64,000 nt of DNA from Octopus vulgaris (Eukaryota), in the NCBI GenBank assembly GCA_951406725.2, contig OX597824.1, positions 49,972,001-50,036,000 on the forward strand, in the 5' to 3' direction. The notes beneath the pieces were generated by a model, which made no database searches, was not told where the DNA came from, and saw nothing but the letters and a program-made list of their open reading frames with translations. This document shows, piece by piece, positions 52,826 through 64,000 of this stretch; positions within the stretch are counted from its first letter, which is position 1; each line of letters begins with the position of its first letter. The translations under genes were made by a program, and so were the position numbers.

Positions 52826-53461
52826 ACACACATATACATACGGATTTATTCCAGTTTCCGTCTAACAAATTCACTCACAAAGCTTTGATCGACTCAGGGC
52901 TATTGTAAACTTATCCATGGTGTCGCGCAGTGAGACTGAATCCGGAAACATGTGGGTAGGAAGCAAACTTCTAACTATACAGCTATATTCAACTGGTGTT
53001 GCTTTGTTTACGTTCACGTGACTTAGAGGTTCCACAAAAGTCTTATGCTTATTGACAGGATAAGTATCAGACTTCAAAAATAACTACTGGAGTCGATATA
53101 TTTGATTCAAACCCAGCTAGGCGGTACACCAGCATGACCGCTATCCAGTGACTGAAACAAGTAAAAAAAAGAAAAATTACCGAGATTTCAAGTTTCATAC
53201 AATGAAAACTAGTTAATCCTCATACGATAAAAACACTCTGATATTATAATATCAGTGACATATATGAATAGCTATCTGTTCTACTTAGATCTCCCGCTAT
53301 TTCACTACAGGTTTAAATATAGGGTAAGAGTATAATGCAACATATATGATTGTTTATAGGATTGAGTTATTTTCCTTAGGTTGACTAAAACGTTTATGAC
53401 GTATGACGAGGTTAATTGGGTTTTAAAAATAAGTTAATGAAATATAATATGAAAATGTCCA

Positions 53462-53623
53462 AGGCGCAGGAGCGGGTGTGTGGTAAGTAGCTGCTTACCA
53501 ACCACGTGGTTCCGGGTTCACTCCCACTGCGTGGCACCTTGGGTAAATGTCTTCTACTATAGCCTCGGGCCGACCAAAGCCTTGCGAATGGATTTGGTAG
53601 ACGGAAACTGAAAGAAACCCGTC

Positions 53624-53662
<39 letters not shown>

Positions 53663-53850
53663 ATATATAGAGGGCATTATTATACATACATGCCACACGT
53701 ATGTATGTATAATAATGCCCTCTATATATAAATTAATATGTTCAATAAGAAAGAATTATTTTCGAAATTTTTTCTTTTATGAGGTTTTTCACGCTATCTA
53801 CCCGATAATTTCTTGTTAAGTTTTCCTTATTAAGAAGTTGTCCTTAATTG

Positions 53851-53922
<72 letters not shown>

Positions 53923-54150
53923 CTGTGTCTGTGTATGTTTGTGTGTCTGTGTTTGTCCCCCCAACATCACTTGAAAACCGATGCTGGTGTGTTTACGTCC
54001 CCGTCACGTAGCGGTTCGGCAAGAGAGACCGATAGAATAAGTACTAGGCTTACAAAGAATAAGTCCTGGGGTCGATTTGCTGGACTAAAGGCGGTGCTCC
54101 AGCATGGCCACAGTCACATGACTGAAACAACTAAAAGAAAGAAAAAAAAG
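53462..54150 (+). mobile_element. SINE family A with fold-back pLTR-like fragment inserted in its (TA)n
   Basis: Head 53462-53625, tail 53910-54150; insert 53661-53850 has ~31-bp arms and is homologous to 50821-50950. Confidence 0.85.
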
Positions 54151-54589
54151 GAATAATGTATTATTGTATGACATAGTGAAGGAATTGCAGGACACGGTAT
54201 GACAATTAATGCATTAGGTGCATTAATTAGAGAAGTCGTAATTATAGAAACATCAGCTGTAATGAATTGAACTGGCGTTTGCTAATACAGGAGCCTAAAT
54301 ATGGGTGTTCGACCCACAAGAAAGAAATTCTTCATTAAATCATACGTCAACGTCTTAAACATAAAGGTCACATTGGATGCGTTTTGCAAAAGAAAAAAAC
54401 GACATGAAATTCACATTTGGATTGTCTTTGATAAGAAGTTTCCTCGCTCATGGTCAACTAGGTGTTAACATCGTAGTCATCTTCCTCCTCATTCTCCTTC
54501 TTACCATCGTCACCACCACCACCACCACCAACAACAACAACAACTATAGTGCTGCATTAGTGGCGGAATTGATATTTCTGAATTCGTAT

Positions 54590-54591
54590 GC

Positions 54592-54628
<37 letters not shown>

Positions 54629-54784
54629 TGTAATAGTAATAGTAGTAGGAGCAATAGTAGTAGTCGCAGCAGCAGCGTTGATAGTGGTTGTAGTAGCATC
54701 AGCAGCAGTAGTGGCACCAGCAGCAGCGTTGGTAGTGGTTTTAGTAGAGTTAGCAGCAGCAGTAACAGTAGCAGCAGCAACAGC

Positions 54785-54817
<33 letters not shown>

Positions 54818-54840
54818 CGTTGTTGTCATTGCTGTAGTAG
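54590..54840. repeat. (TAG)n/(CAG)n low-complexity block
   Basis: Tandem trinucleotides. Confidence 0.93.
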
Positions 54841-55394
54841 TTACCGCCAGAAATGGTAGTGGTGATTGTAGTGGTGAAGGCAAGGCACGGATATAATAGG
54901 GTAGGCGGTGCGTGTTTTATTTTACCCGGGGGTAGTTGTTGTTGGTGGTGGTGATGGTGGAAGGCGGAGAAAAATAAACAAAAATAAACTTCAACGTCGT
55001 ATTTTACTAGTCATCCGCCCACCATTTAAAGTTTCTTTTTTTTAAAATTAATTCATGGAGGAGATTTGGTAACCCTTTAATAATACAGACCAACACCACA
55101 CCCCCATTCGTCACCAAATGCATAGAATTGTGTAGTGCATTAGTGTGTGTGTGTGTATGTGTGTGTGCGTATGTGTAGAGTTGTGTATATTATATACATA
55201 TTTCAATGTTTATGTGCTTACATGTATGTACGTGCATGTATGCATGCGAATGTGTGTAGAAGTGTTAAAATGCAAGTGAATAGATTGTATACTCCTTACA
55301 ACTTACATGTACATATGCACACACAAACGCACAGTCATGCACTCATTCATATATGTGCGTATGAATGTATGAGTATGCTTGTGTGTGTGTGTAT

Positions 55395-55886
55395 GTAAGA
55401 GGTGCATACAAAAACTATCCGACATAATTTTTTCCCCGTTAAAACTAATGCCACGTGTGCAAAATCCTTTGGATGGGAGGTAACGCCACCCTTCCTGCGC
55501 ATGCGTGAAAAATTTCATGCCGGTATTCCACGTCAGTTCGCCAATGTTACGCCTAGAGTACAGATGTGTAGTGTGCGTTCCTCGGGTTTTCGTCTACACC
55601 AATCGCGCGGAGCAGTGATACTGCATCAAGTTTTGCCAAAAGCTTGGTGATACTTAATCTCAAACCGATTCAGTCGGCGCTTGGTGATGATGCTATGGGC
55701 AAAACATACATCAAGGAGTGGTACAACAACTTCAAAGATAGCCGCACCTCAGTGGCGAGCGAAGCACGCTCAGGCAGGTCATCCGCAAGCTGAAACGAGG
55801 AACCCATTGGAAAGGTTCGGCGAATAGTCATGGAAAACTGTTGCATAACAACCCAGGAGATTGCTCACGAAGAAGGAATAAGCACA
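55395..55886 (+). mobile_element. Mariner 5' fragment (TIR and HTH domain)
   Basis: EQ*YCIKFCQKLGDT...LGDDAMGKTYIKEWYNNFKDSRTSVASEARSGRSS...TTQEIAHEEGIS. Confidence 0.85.
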
Positions 55887-56756
55887 GAGGGTTCACACAG
55901 GAGAGCTAGGAAGAAGGGGGAGATAATAAAGTAGTGGTCATCCCAAAACGAAGTTGCGTGTGCGTGTGTATAAGAGAGCATTATGTGCGTGTGGAAGAGG
56001 GCTGGTGATCTTGACGTGTGCGTGTGTGCATGTATAGGTGTGTGGATGATAGTGTGGGGCTGGGAAGTGGTCAGTGCTAGTGTGTGTGTAGTGTTATGTG
56101 ATGTGGTGTTGTGCGATATGGTGATGTATGGTGTGGTGGTGTGTGGTGTGGTGGTTTTGGGATGTGGGGGAGGCGAGAGTGGGGAAGCAAGGCTGGGGTG
56201 TGAGTTAGGCTGAGGGTGGGGTATGTTGGTTAGATTGAGGGTGGGGTAGAAGTGAGGTATGTGGGAGTGGGTGTAAGGGATTGGGTAGGGGTGGGATGGA
56301 TACGGAAGGTGGGGTTGGATTGTGTAGGGTTGTGGTTACGATGAAGGGAGAGTGGGAAAAGAGAAGGAGGATAGGAGTGAAGAGAAGAGAGAAGGTTAGG
56401 AGTGAAGGGAAGAAGTAGGAATCGGAGCAAGAGAGGAGAGATGGGTGAGAGGAAGTAGGTCGAGAGGGAGAGAGGAGTGAGGAGGAGGGTTAGATGAAGA
56501 AGGGAGGAGAATTGAGACCATGTGGCGCAAAGGAGCGAAGAGAGAAGATTAATCTCTGTTCACGGCGAAAACGGGTGTCCGGATGGCCCCCGTGCAAGGA
56601 CAATCCGAACACAGACAGGTGTTGCAAAGAGTGACCGGTAGAGCGGAAATGGCGCGAGACCGGGGTGTCATTGCCGTGTCGGATGTCTCGGAGGTGTTCC
56701 GTGAACCGGTCAGCCAAGCGGCGTCCTGTTTGCCCGATGTATAGAGAAGGGCAGAG
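55887..56756 (-). mobile_element. 3' fragment of a Penelope-like (Neptune-type) element: GIY-YIG half-domain and pyrimidine-rich 3' region
   Basis: CPSLYIGQTGRRLADRFTEHLRDIRHGNDTPVSRHF...REQRLIFSLRSFAPHGLN, open to stop at 56490. Confidence 0.9.
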
Positions 56757-57200
56757 AAGTGATTAATAAATTATTTATTAATTAAAAAATTGACAAACTT
56801 CCACTTATAGGTGTTCAATTTCCTCATGTTGAGTAAACGGTTTGCAGCCGTTTACTCAAGATGAGGAAATTGAATACCTAATTTGCATATCTTTATCGAC
56901 CTCTGAAGAAGTCGATAATGATAAATAATTTAAAATTTAATGAAGTAATTAATTTTCTAAGGGACTAAATCGAAACAGCTGTAAGTGGATGTTTGTCAAT
57001 TTTTTAATTAACAAGTAGTAATTTATTAATCACCTCTCTATTCTCTTATTATTATAATAAATAAAATATATATAAACCACGGTTTATATAGTTACCTTGC
57101 AGTTGAGTATTAAATGTAATGTTCAATACTCTTTGTAAGGTAATTAACCAGTACTTTCATAGGATTTTGCTATCCCTGAATGAGGTTTGTAACTATATAT
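56753..57200. mobile_element. Doubly inverted pLTR-like segment with decayed hammerhead
   Basis: 56753-56808 inverts 56980-57039; near-perfect hairpin 56808-56880; CTGAAGA (56903)...CGAAAC agct GTA (56971-56983). Confidence 0.7.
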
Positions 57201-57442
57201 ATATATATCTTAAATATATTAAAACGCAACGTGGGACTTGTCTGTCACTCTGAGAGAAACAGGGTAAAACAATAGTATACGAGGGAGTGGTAGTTAGAGA
57301 CTCTAAATGCAGGCGAACTGTAGCAAAATGTTGTGTTCTGAAGTCGCTGACGTTTTAATTAAAATAATTCAAAATTTTATTCAGTTTTATCATAAATTGA
57401 ATTTAATTTATCAATTTTACACACGCGCACACACACATATAT

Positions 57443-58735
57443 TTGCAGAGATACCCGTCGTTGCTCGGGAATTGAATGGCATAGTTTGTATATATGATGC
57501 AGTTAATTTGAAACGTGATACGGGGAAGTGTAGCATGGACGATAAAACATTTGTGGAGGAAATGAAGGGTTAATTCGACTAAGTGACATGTCATGCGTCT
57601 GTCTGGAAGATTCCAGGCCCTAGGAAAGTGCGTGTGGGGGATATGTGTGTGTGATTTTTGAATTCACCAAAAAGCTCTCAGTGGATATACTCTCCCTGGC
57701 AGCTGTCGCCACTGCGGCTACCACCCTGAACAATCAGTAGACATAGGGGTTACATCTATGTGATAAATTAAGCCTTTGGGTGCGCTCAAGAGCACCACAT
57801 GAAATAAATCTACATGAAAGAAATGTCGTGGTAAAGGGGGTGGATATTGTCAAGGAAGCGCTTGAGAACAACACTGTCATGCGATATTTCAGTTTGGAAT
57901 CAATAGTCGTGTCTCAACCGTGTGTAAATAGCATGCGACCATTGTGAAGATAACTCAGCTCCAAAACGCAAGGTCACATTAAGGACACAGTCTCTAACAA
58001 ACGTGGTAGGGTCATGTGACGTTGGGTTGCTGATGTGTTTGGGAATCAATTGTCGTGGCTCAACCATGCACTTCCTCGTGTAAACAGCGTGCGACCTTAG
58101 TGAGGACAACTCAGCTCCCAAACGAAAACAATTCTGCATGCAACGTCCGGGCACGCAAGGTCACATTAAGGACACAGTCTCTAACTAACGTAATAGGATT
58201 TTAGACACCATAAATTAGTAGGTTAATGTACGTGCGATATTTCGGTTTGTAACCAGTAGCTGAAGAATATTTGTATTGACTTCGTCTATGCTTAGAAGGA
58301 AGATTTTGATTCTGAAGCTAAAAGAAAATAGTTGAATAGTTGCTCAAAATTTTAACATATTCCAGCATATTTTTCATAATAAACATAGTGCGTTCTAAAC
58401 GGTTTTTATTCCAACATATTGCTACCTATGGTACTACGGGGACAGGCTATTACTGCTACCACTTAGACAACGCAATCTAAAGTCTACATCGATTCATCCA
58501 TTTAATACAACCTACTTATGTCATTTCAGTAGCTATTTTCCCCAGTTTGAACAGAAGCAATGCGTGGACCATGCAGGCAGACGTACGTCCCCCAAGAAAG
58601 GGGATTTCCTGCTCCTAGGGGCCTCATTACTCATCTTGTGAATAATTTTAAGAGCCTAAAACCATCTCTAGATATAAGTTGTGTATGTTCCCAACTTTGT
58701 AGAAAATCAGTTGCGAACTTCAGAAGTTCTGCGGG

Positions 58736-58778
<43 letters not shown>

Positions 58779-58800
58779 CCTCAGTTTTATATATACAACA
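57443..58800 (+). mobile_element. Helitron/Helentron-like non-autonomous element with internal tandem repeats
   Basis: Hairpin end gcagagatacccgtcgttgctcggga, internal duplication 57877-58260, subterminal (CA)n then tcagttttatatata; end region duplicated at ~58905-59165. Confidence 0.55.
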
Positions 58801-59054
58801 TAATATAATATGTAGAGGGGTAGAGAAATTAAAATGTGTACGTCATCAAAAGTTATATCCCTTGAACCAACGAAGCAACCAACGAAGTTATGCGATTGTT
58901 CGTATCGTTTACCAAGGAAAGGGGGTTTCTACCCCAATGAGCTCCATTACACATTATGTGAAAAGTTTTAAGAATCTAAAACTATCTCTGGAACATAAGT
59001 AATGTATGTTCCCGTCTGGAGAAAATCAGCTGCGAACTTTAGATATTCTGCGAG

Positions 59055-59135
<81 letters not shown>

Positions 59136-59716
59136 ACAAACACACAAATCATCAGTTATATATATACATACATACATACATACACACATATATATATGTA
59201 TGCATATATAAATATATCTACAGAAAATTATATATTAAATTCTTTTGCTTTCAAAATATTTCATTTTCCAAGTAAAAAAATAACATGTTACAAGTTTCAT
59301 GGATGTAAGAAATGTAACGAAACATGCGCGCATGCACAGACATTCCCAAAGACACATATGTATATGTATGTACATGCTTAGGTGTATATAAATATGTATG
59401 CATATGTATGAGAGTATGCATACACAAACACACATATTTATACATACACATACACACACACACACATATATATATATACACGCACACACACACATACACA
59501 CATATGTATATAAACACACGCACACGCACATATATATATATATATATATACGTATATGAAGAGAGAGAGTGATAAATGTATTTATATGTGTATACATGCA
59601 TACACACATATGTGCGTGTGTAAATGCATACACATATGTATATATACTTCGTGGTGGCCTAAATATCATGGCCTACTATATCGTAGGGCCGACGAAAGCC
59701 TTGGGACTAGAAAAAT

Positions 59717-60617
59717 ACGAGGTGGTATCAAAGAGTTCCTGGACCAGTTATGTTTAATAAAAAAATAACTCGTTTACCTAAGTTTTAAGATCATCTCCTT
59801 CGAAATAGTCACCTTGCGCAGCAATACACCGGTCTCAGCGTTCCTACCACTTTTGAATTCCGGATTGGAAGTCGTTTTCCGTATGCGAGTCGAGGACCTT
59901 CTGTGATTCGCTCTGTATCTCTACAACAGTGTTAAAACGGTGACCTCTGAGCTGCATTTTCATCTTGGGGAAAAGCTGGAAGTCTGCAGATGCTGAATCT
60001 GGCGAACAGGGTGGGTGCGAAAAGGATACCATGTTGCTTTTGGCGAGAAACTCACGAGTAAGGAGAGCTTGGTGAAGAATCTAATTCTTCACGCTCCACA
60101 GATCCGGTTGCTTTCGCGAATGTCCTCCCTCAAACGCTTCAAAATGTCACAGTAGAAGTCTCGATTGACGGTCTTGACCTGGGGGTCGAAATGTCGATGC
60201 ACAATACAATATTTTCAGGGATGATGTTCGTAGCAGGTCTTCCAGATTGTTCATCGTCTTCAAGGGAAGTTCTTCCGCTTTTGGATCGCCCGTGCCATTC
60301 GAAACACTGCACAAAACCCATTGCCTTGTCACCGTAAGCTTGCCAAAGCAGGCTCAATGTCTCCGTAGCAGACTTCCCGAGTTTAACGCAAAATTTTCCG
60401 TTGGCTCACGTAGTTCCTGTCCATGACGAAATCGCAGGCTATAGCATACACGTGATCGCAAAAACACAAACTTCACGACTTGCGAAGTAAACACAGCGTT
60501 GTCACTCGGCACATTGCCTCATGAAGCTCACTGCTAGCTATCATTGCACACGCAACCGTGTGCTGCCTTTTGTTAGAGCGCTACAGAACAAGCACGGGAA
60601 CTTTTTGATCACACATA
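59717..60617 (-). mobile_element. Decayed mariner transposon with both TIRs
   Basis: HPPCSPDSASADFQLFPKMK (PPYSPDLAP.DF-like) and QAYGDKAMG...FEWH...GRTSLEDDEQSGRP; TIRs cgaggtggtatcaaagagttcc and ggaactttttgatcacacatag. Confidence 0.9.
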
Positions 60618-60620
60618 GAA

Positions 60621-60710
<90 letters not shown>

Positions 60711-61398
60711 AATTTGACATGGGCGATTCTTTCATTTCTTTGGATTCACTGTCAAACGGCTGGGTGGAATTGAGCGAAAAATTACACAGATGTGCAGAAT
60801 GATCCGGTTGTGTTCCTGGGCTTTATATTTTTTCATAGCTCCCATACGTACGTACATACATATATATATACATACATACATACATACATACATCATACAT
60901 ACATACATACATACATACATACATACATACATACATACATACATACATACATACATACATACATACATACGTACATACTAACATACAATAACGCCCTGTT
61001 GTTGATGTTGAAATTCCAATGAAGGAGCCTTAGATTTAGGTTAGAAATCAGCTCTTTCTTTATTGGCAAGAAATCTTAAAATAAAACTGAATCATGAAAT
61101 ACATACATAGCATACATACATGCATACATATATACATATATACACACACTTATATAGGTTCGTAAGGCCAACCTGATGGATAGATGGATGTTTATATACA
61201 TACATACGCAAACACACACACACACATAAATGAAAAGAAATTGGATATATATAATTGTCAATTCAAAAGATTAAAATTTATTAACACAACCGTATCTGAT
61301 TGTTCAGGTGCTTCGATTCTGTGAAAATATATTCACTCGATTGCTGACATAAAGCAATGGTTTCTCATATTGTTTTGACGACACGGGTTTGCTTGTTT

Positions 61399-61457
<59 letters not shown>

Positions 61458-61476
61458 CATATCTATCTATCTATAT

Positions 61477-61520
<44 letters not shown>

Positions 61521-62124
61521 TGAGATAGATAGATAGACTTATGTGTGTATTTGTGTGTGTGTGTGTGTGCGCGCGCGTGTACGTGTGCGTGTTTAAGATG
61601 ATTTCTAAAACAGCAACTGATGACGAGATGGCCATATTCAAATTAAAGTAATTGCTATATTGACATTGTGGTTGTTTATGTTTTCTCACTTTTTGGTCCG
61701 GTTTTAAGTGAGTTCTACAAATAGCATCACTATTCCTAATCCTAATGGTGTAGGGTTACTCTATTGTCTGCTATAGAACTGGGTTTAGTTGTTGCTTCAT
61801 TCTATGTTAAGGCTTATTTGGATTTTCTATCTTATTGATCTGAATGTAAGTTTTCAGTAGGTAATTTATAATAGTAATAACAGTACACAAGAAAATTAGT
61901 GACATTAGAATTATTGGGATAAATTTTAGGTACTTGTATCGTTATAGTTGACTAATCACGCATACATATTGATAGATAGATATAGGAATTAAACTGTGTT
62001 TAATTTAATCGGTTATGCATGGTAGCTGTGATTTAAGATCCATGCGAATACATGAACAAGTTCCAAAGAACACGAATGCATACCAGCTTACATACAGACA
62101 AACGAACACATACGCATATGCACA

Positions 62125-62195
<71 letters not shown>

Positions 62196-62246
62196 ACATA
62201 CACACACACGCACACATAAACAATATAAATATGTATATATATATAA

Positions 62247-62333
<87 letters not shown>

Positions 62334-62730
62334 AAATCTATATATATATATTTACATTACGTACATATATATTAATGTATATCACATGCACATACACACG
62401 TATATGTGTGCGCGTGTGTTCTTGCGCGCGCGTGTGTTTTTGTGTGTGTATGTGTGTGCATCATTGTATATGTCTGCATACGTGGCAAACAACACACCTC
62501 TAATTCTTTGTTTGCCAGGAGCACCGGTGTGTCGATCAAAGAGATAGAGTCAGTCTGCCATAAGAACATCCCTTCTTACCATATAATTTACTGCCCTGTT
62601 CTTTACACCAAGTCTTGCTATGTAGCAGGCCCCATACTACAAGCCTCCCATTCCTTCTCCCCCTCTCTCACTACAGACATATATATATACATAAGCACGT
62701 ACACATATAGATATATATATATATATGTAC

Positions 62731-62764
<34 letters not shown>

Positions 62765-64000
62765 TTACACATATACATATATACATAGATGATTGTGTGT
62801 GCTTGTGTGATTCACAACATGCTGTTATTAGACAAATTATCACACATTGAGGAACGTGACACAACCACAAAATGAAGTACACACACATACACGGACACAC
62901 TTGTAATCATATTCATATAGACAGACACATGTACACACAGAGGCCAAACCAAGACATTCGTTGTTCGACATGCACATTCGCACGTATGTGAGCACATAAA
63001 CACAAACACAAAAGACAGATGTGGTGAACACAGAGCTGCCACATATCTCTGCTACCTCCACGGGCATCTACATCTGTTGTTTGAGGAGATGGTATTAATG
63101 ATTGTGTACATGTGTACGTGTGTACACCTATGAACCAAATACATACAAACACTCAAACACACACAACCACACACAAACACATACGACACACATATGGCTG
63201 TTGGATGGCACAATCAGCAGAATGTCATACAGAATGCCTTTTGATAACCGGTAAGATTCTGCGTTCAAATCTATCTCCGGTCCAATTTAATTTTATTTTT
63301 CTGAGGTTGATAAAACGGGTACTGGCAGGCCAATAAAATCGACTATACTCTTAAATGTGGTTCAGTATGGCCACATTCTCATGAGTGAAATAGTATCATT
63401 TTTTATCTTTTGATCAGGAGGAAAGGCAGTTACCCATGGCCTGTTATACAAGATCCATAAAACTGATGGAAGCAAGTCTTATGACCTGACTGCTTGCGAC
63501 AGTGGATTCCAGTAAAGGCACCCAGAGTGCCGGGTGGTGGTGTTAGATTAGGAAATGAGTTACGTCTAACGACGAAATAGGCTATGGCAGGGTTTTAACT
63601 CAGATTGCAAAGAACCCTCCAAAATACCGTAATGCATCCGGTCCGATGTCATACGGCTTCGGATTTGTTCTAATTTTTTACATCGACCCCGGAAGGTTGA
63701 AAGTATACGACTGAAAGAATGAAATAATATTGTGGTGTGTGACGAAACAAGCATATATACGTAAGCATAAAATATATGACATTCGATGATATTCTTAACT
63801 ATTATAGATTGTATTACATTACACTACATTATATCATATTATATTATATTATATCATATTGTATTATATTATATACATATTAACTTCAATTCTAAAGTTT
63901 ATAATATCGCGATATATGTTATATGCAATTATTGATTGAATAACGTTTCCAAGCACACAGTATACACACACATATATATTAAAATTCCTCTCTCGTTTTC

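Noticed and set aside
57877-58260. CRISPR-like or other regular array
   Set aside because: Only about two diverged long tandem units within a eukaryotic repeat; no repeat-spacer pattern.
61005-61070. aatgaagga-gcct...aggt-taGAAA segment
   Set aside because: Lacks CUGA and a properly placed stem I.

Overview
Eukaryotic, AT-rich, extremely microsatellite-dense non-coding DNA (intronic or intergenic). The repeat landscape resembles an octopus genome, which is an inference from SINE and simple-repeat composition. I found no supportable intact host gene; nearly all ORFs in the track are translations of simple repeats. Recognisable content: decayed Penelope-like elements (RT and GIY-YIG), an RTE-type LINE, two R4/Dong-type RLE LINE fragments, three Tx1/L1 fragments, several Tc1/mariner relics, a TIR element with an 8-bp TSD, a Helitron-like non-autonomous element and three tRNA-derived SINE families, often nested. 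The main hidden signal is a set of about 12 hammerhead-ribozyme (HHR) motifs from several unrelated repeat families, nearly all in short non-coding inserts at (TA)n tracts and often in fold-back arrangement. They include a family with a swapped G3-C8 core, a 497-bp-period retrozyme-like repeat and a type II-topology motif. All structures were read by eye; none was computed or tested.
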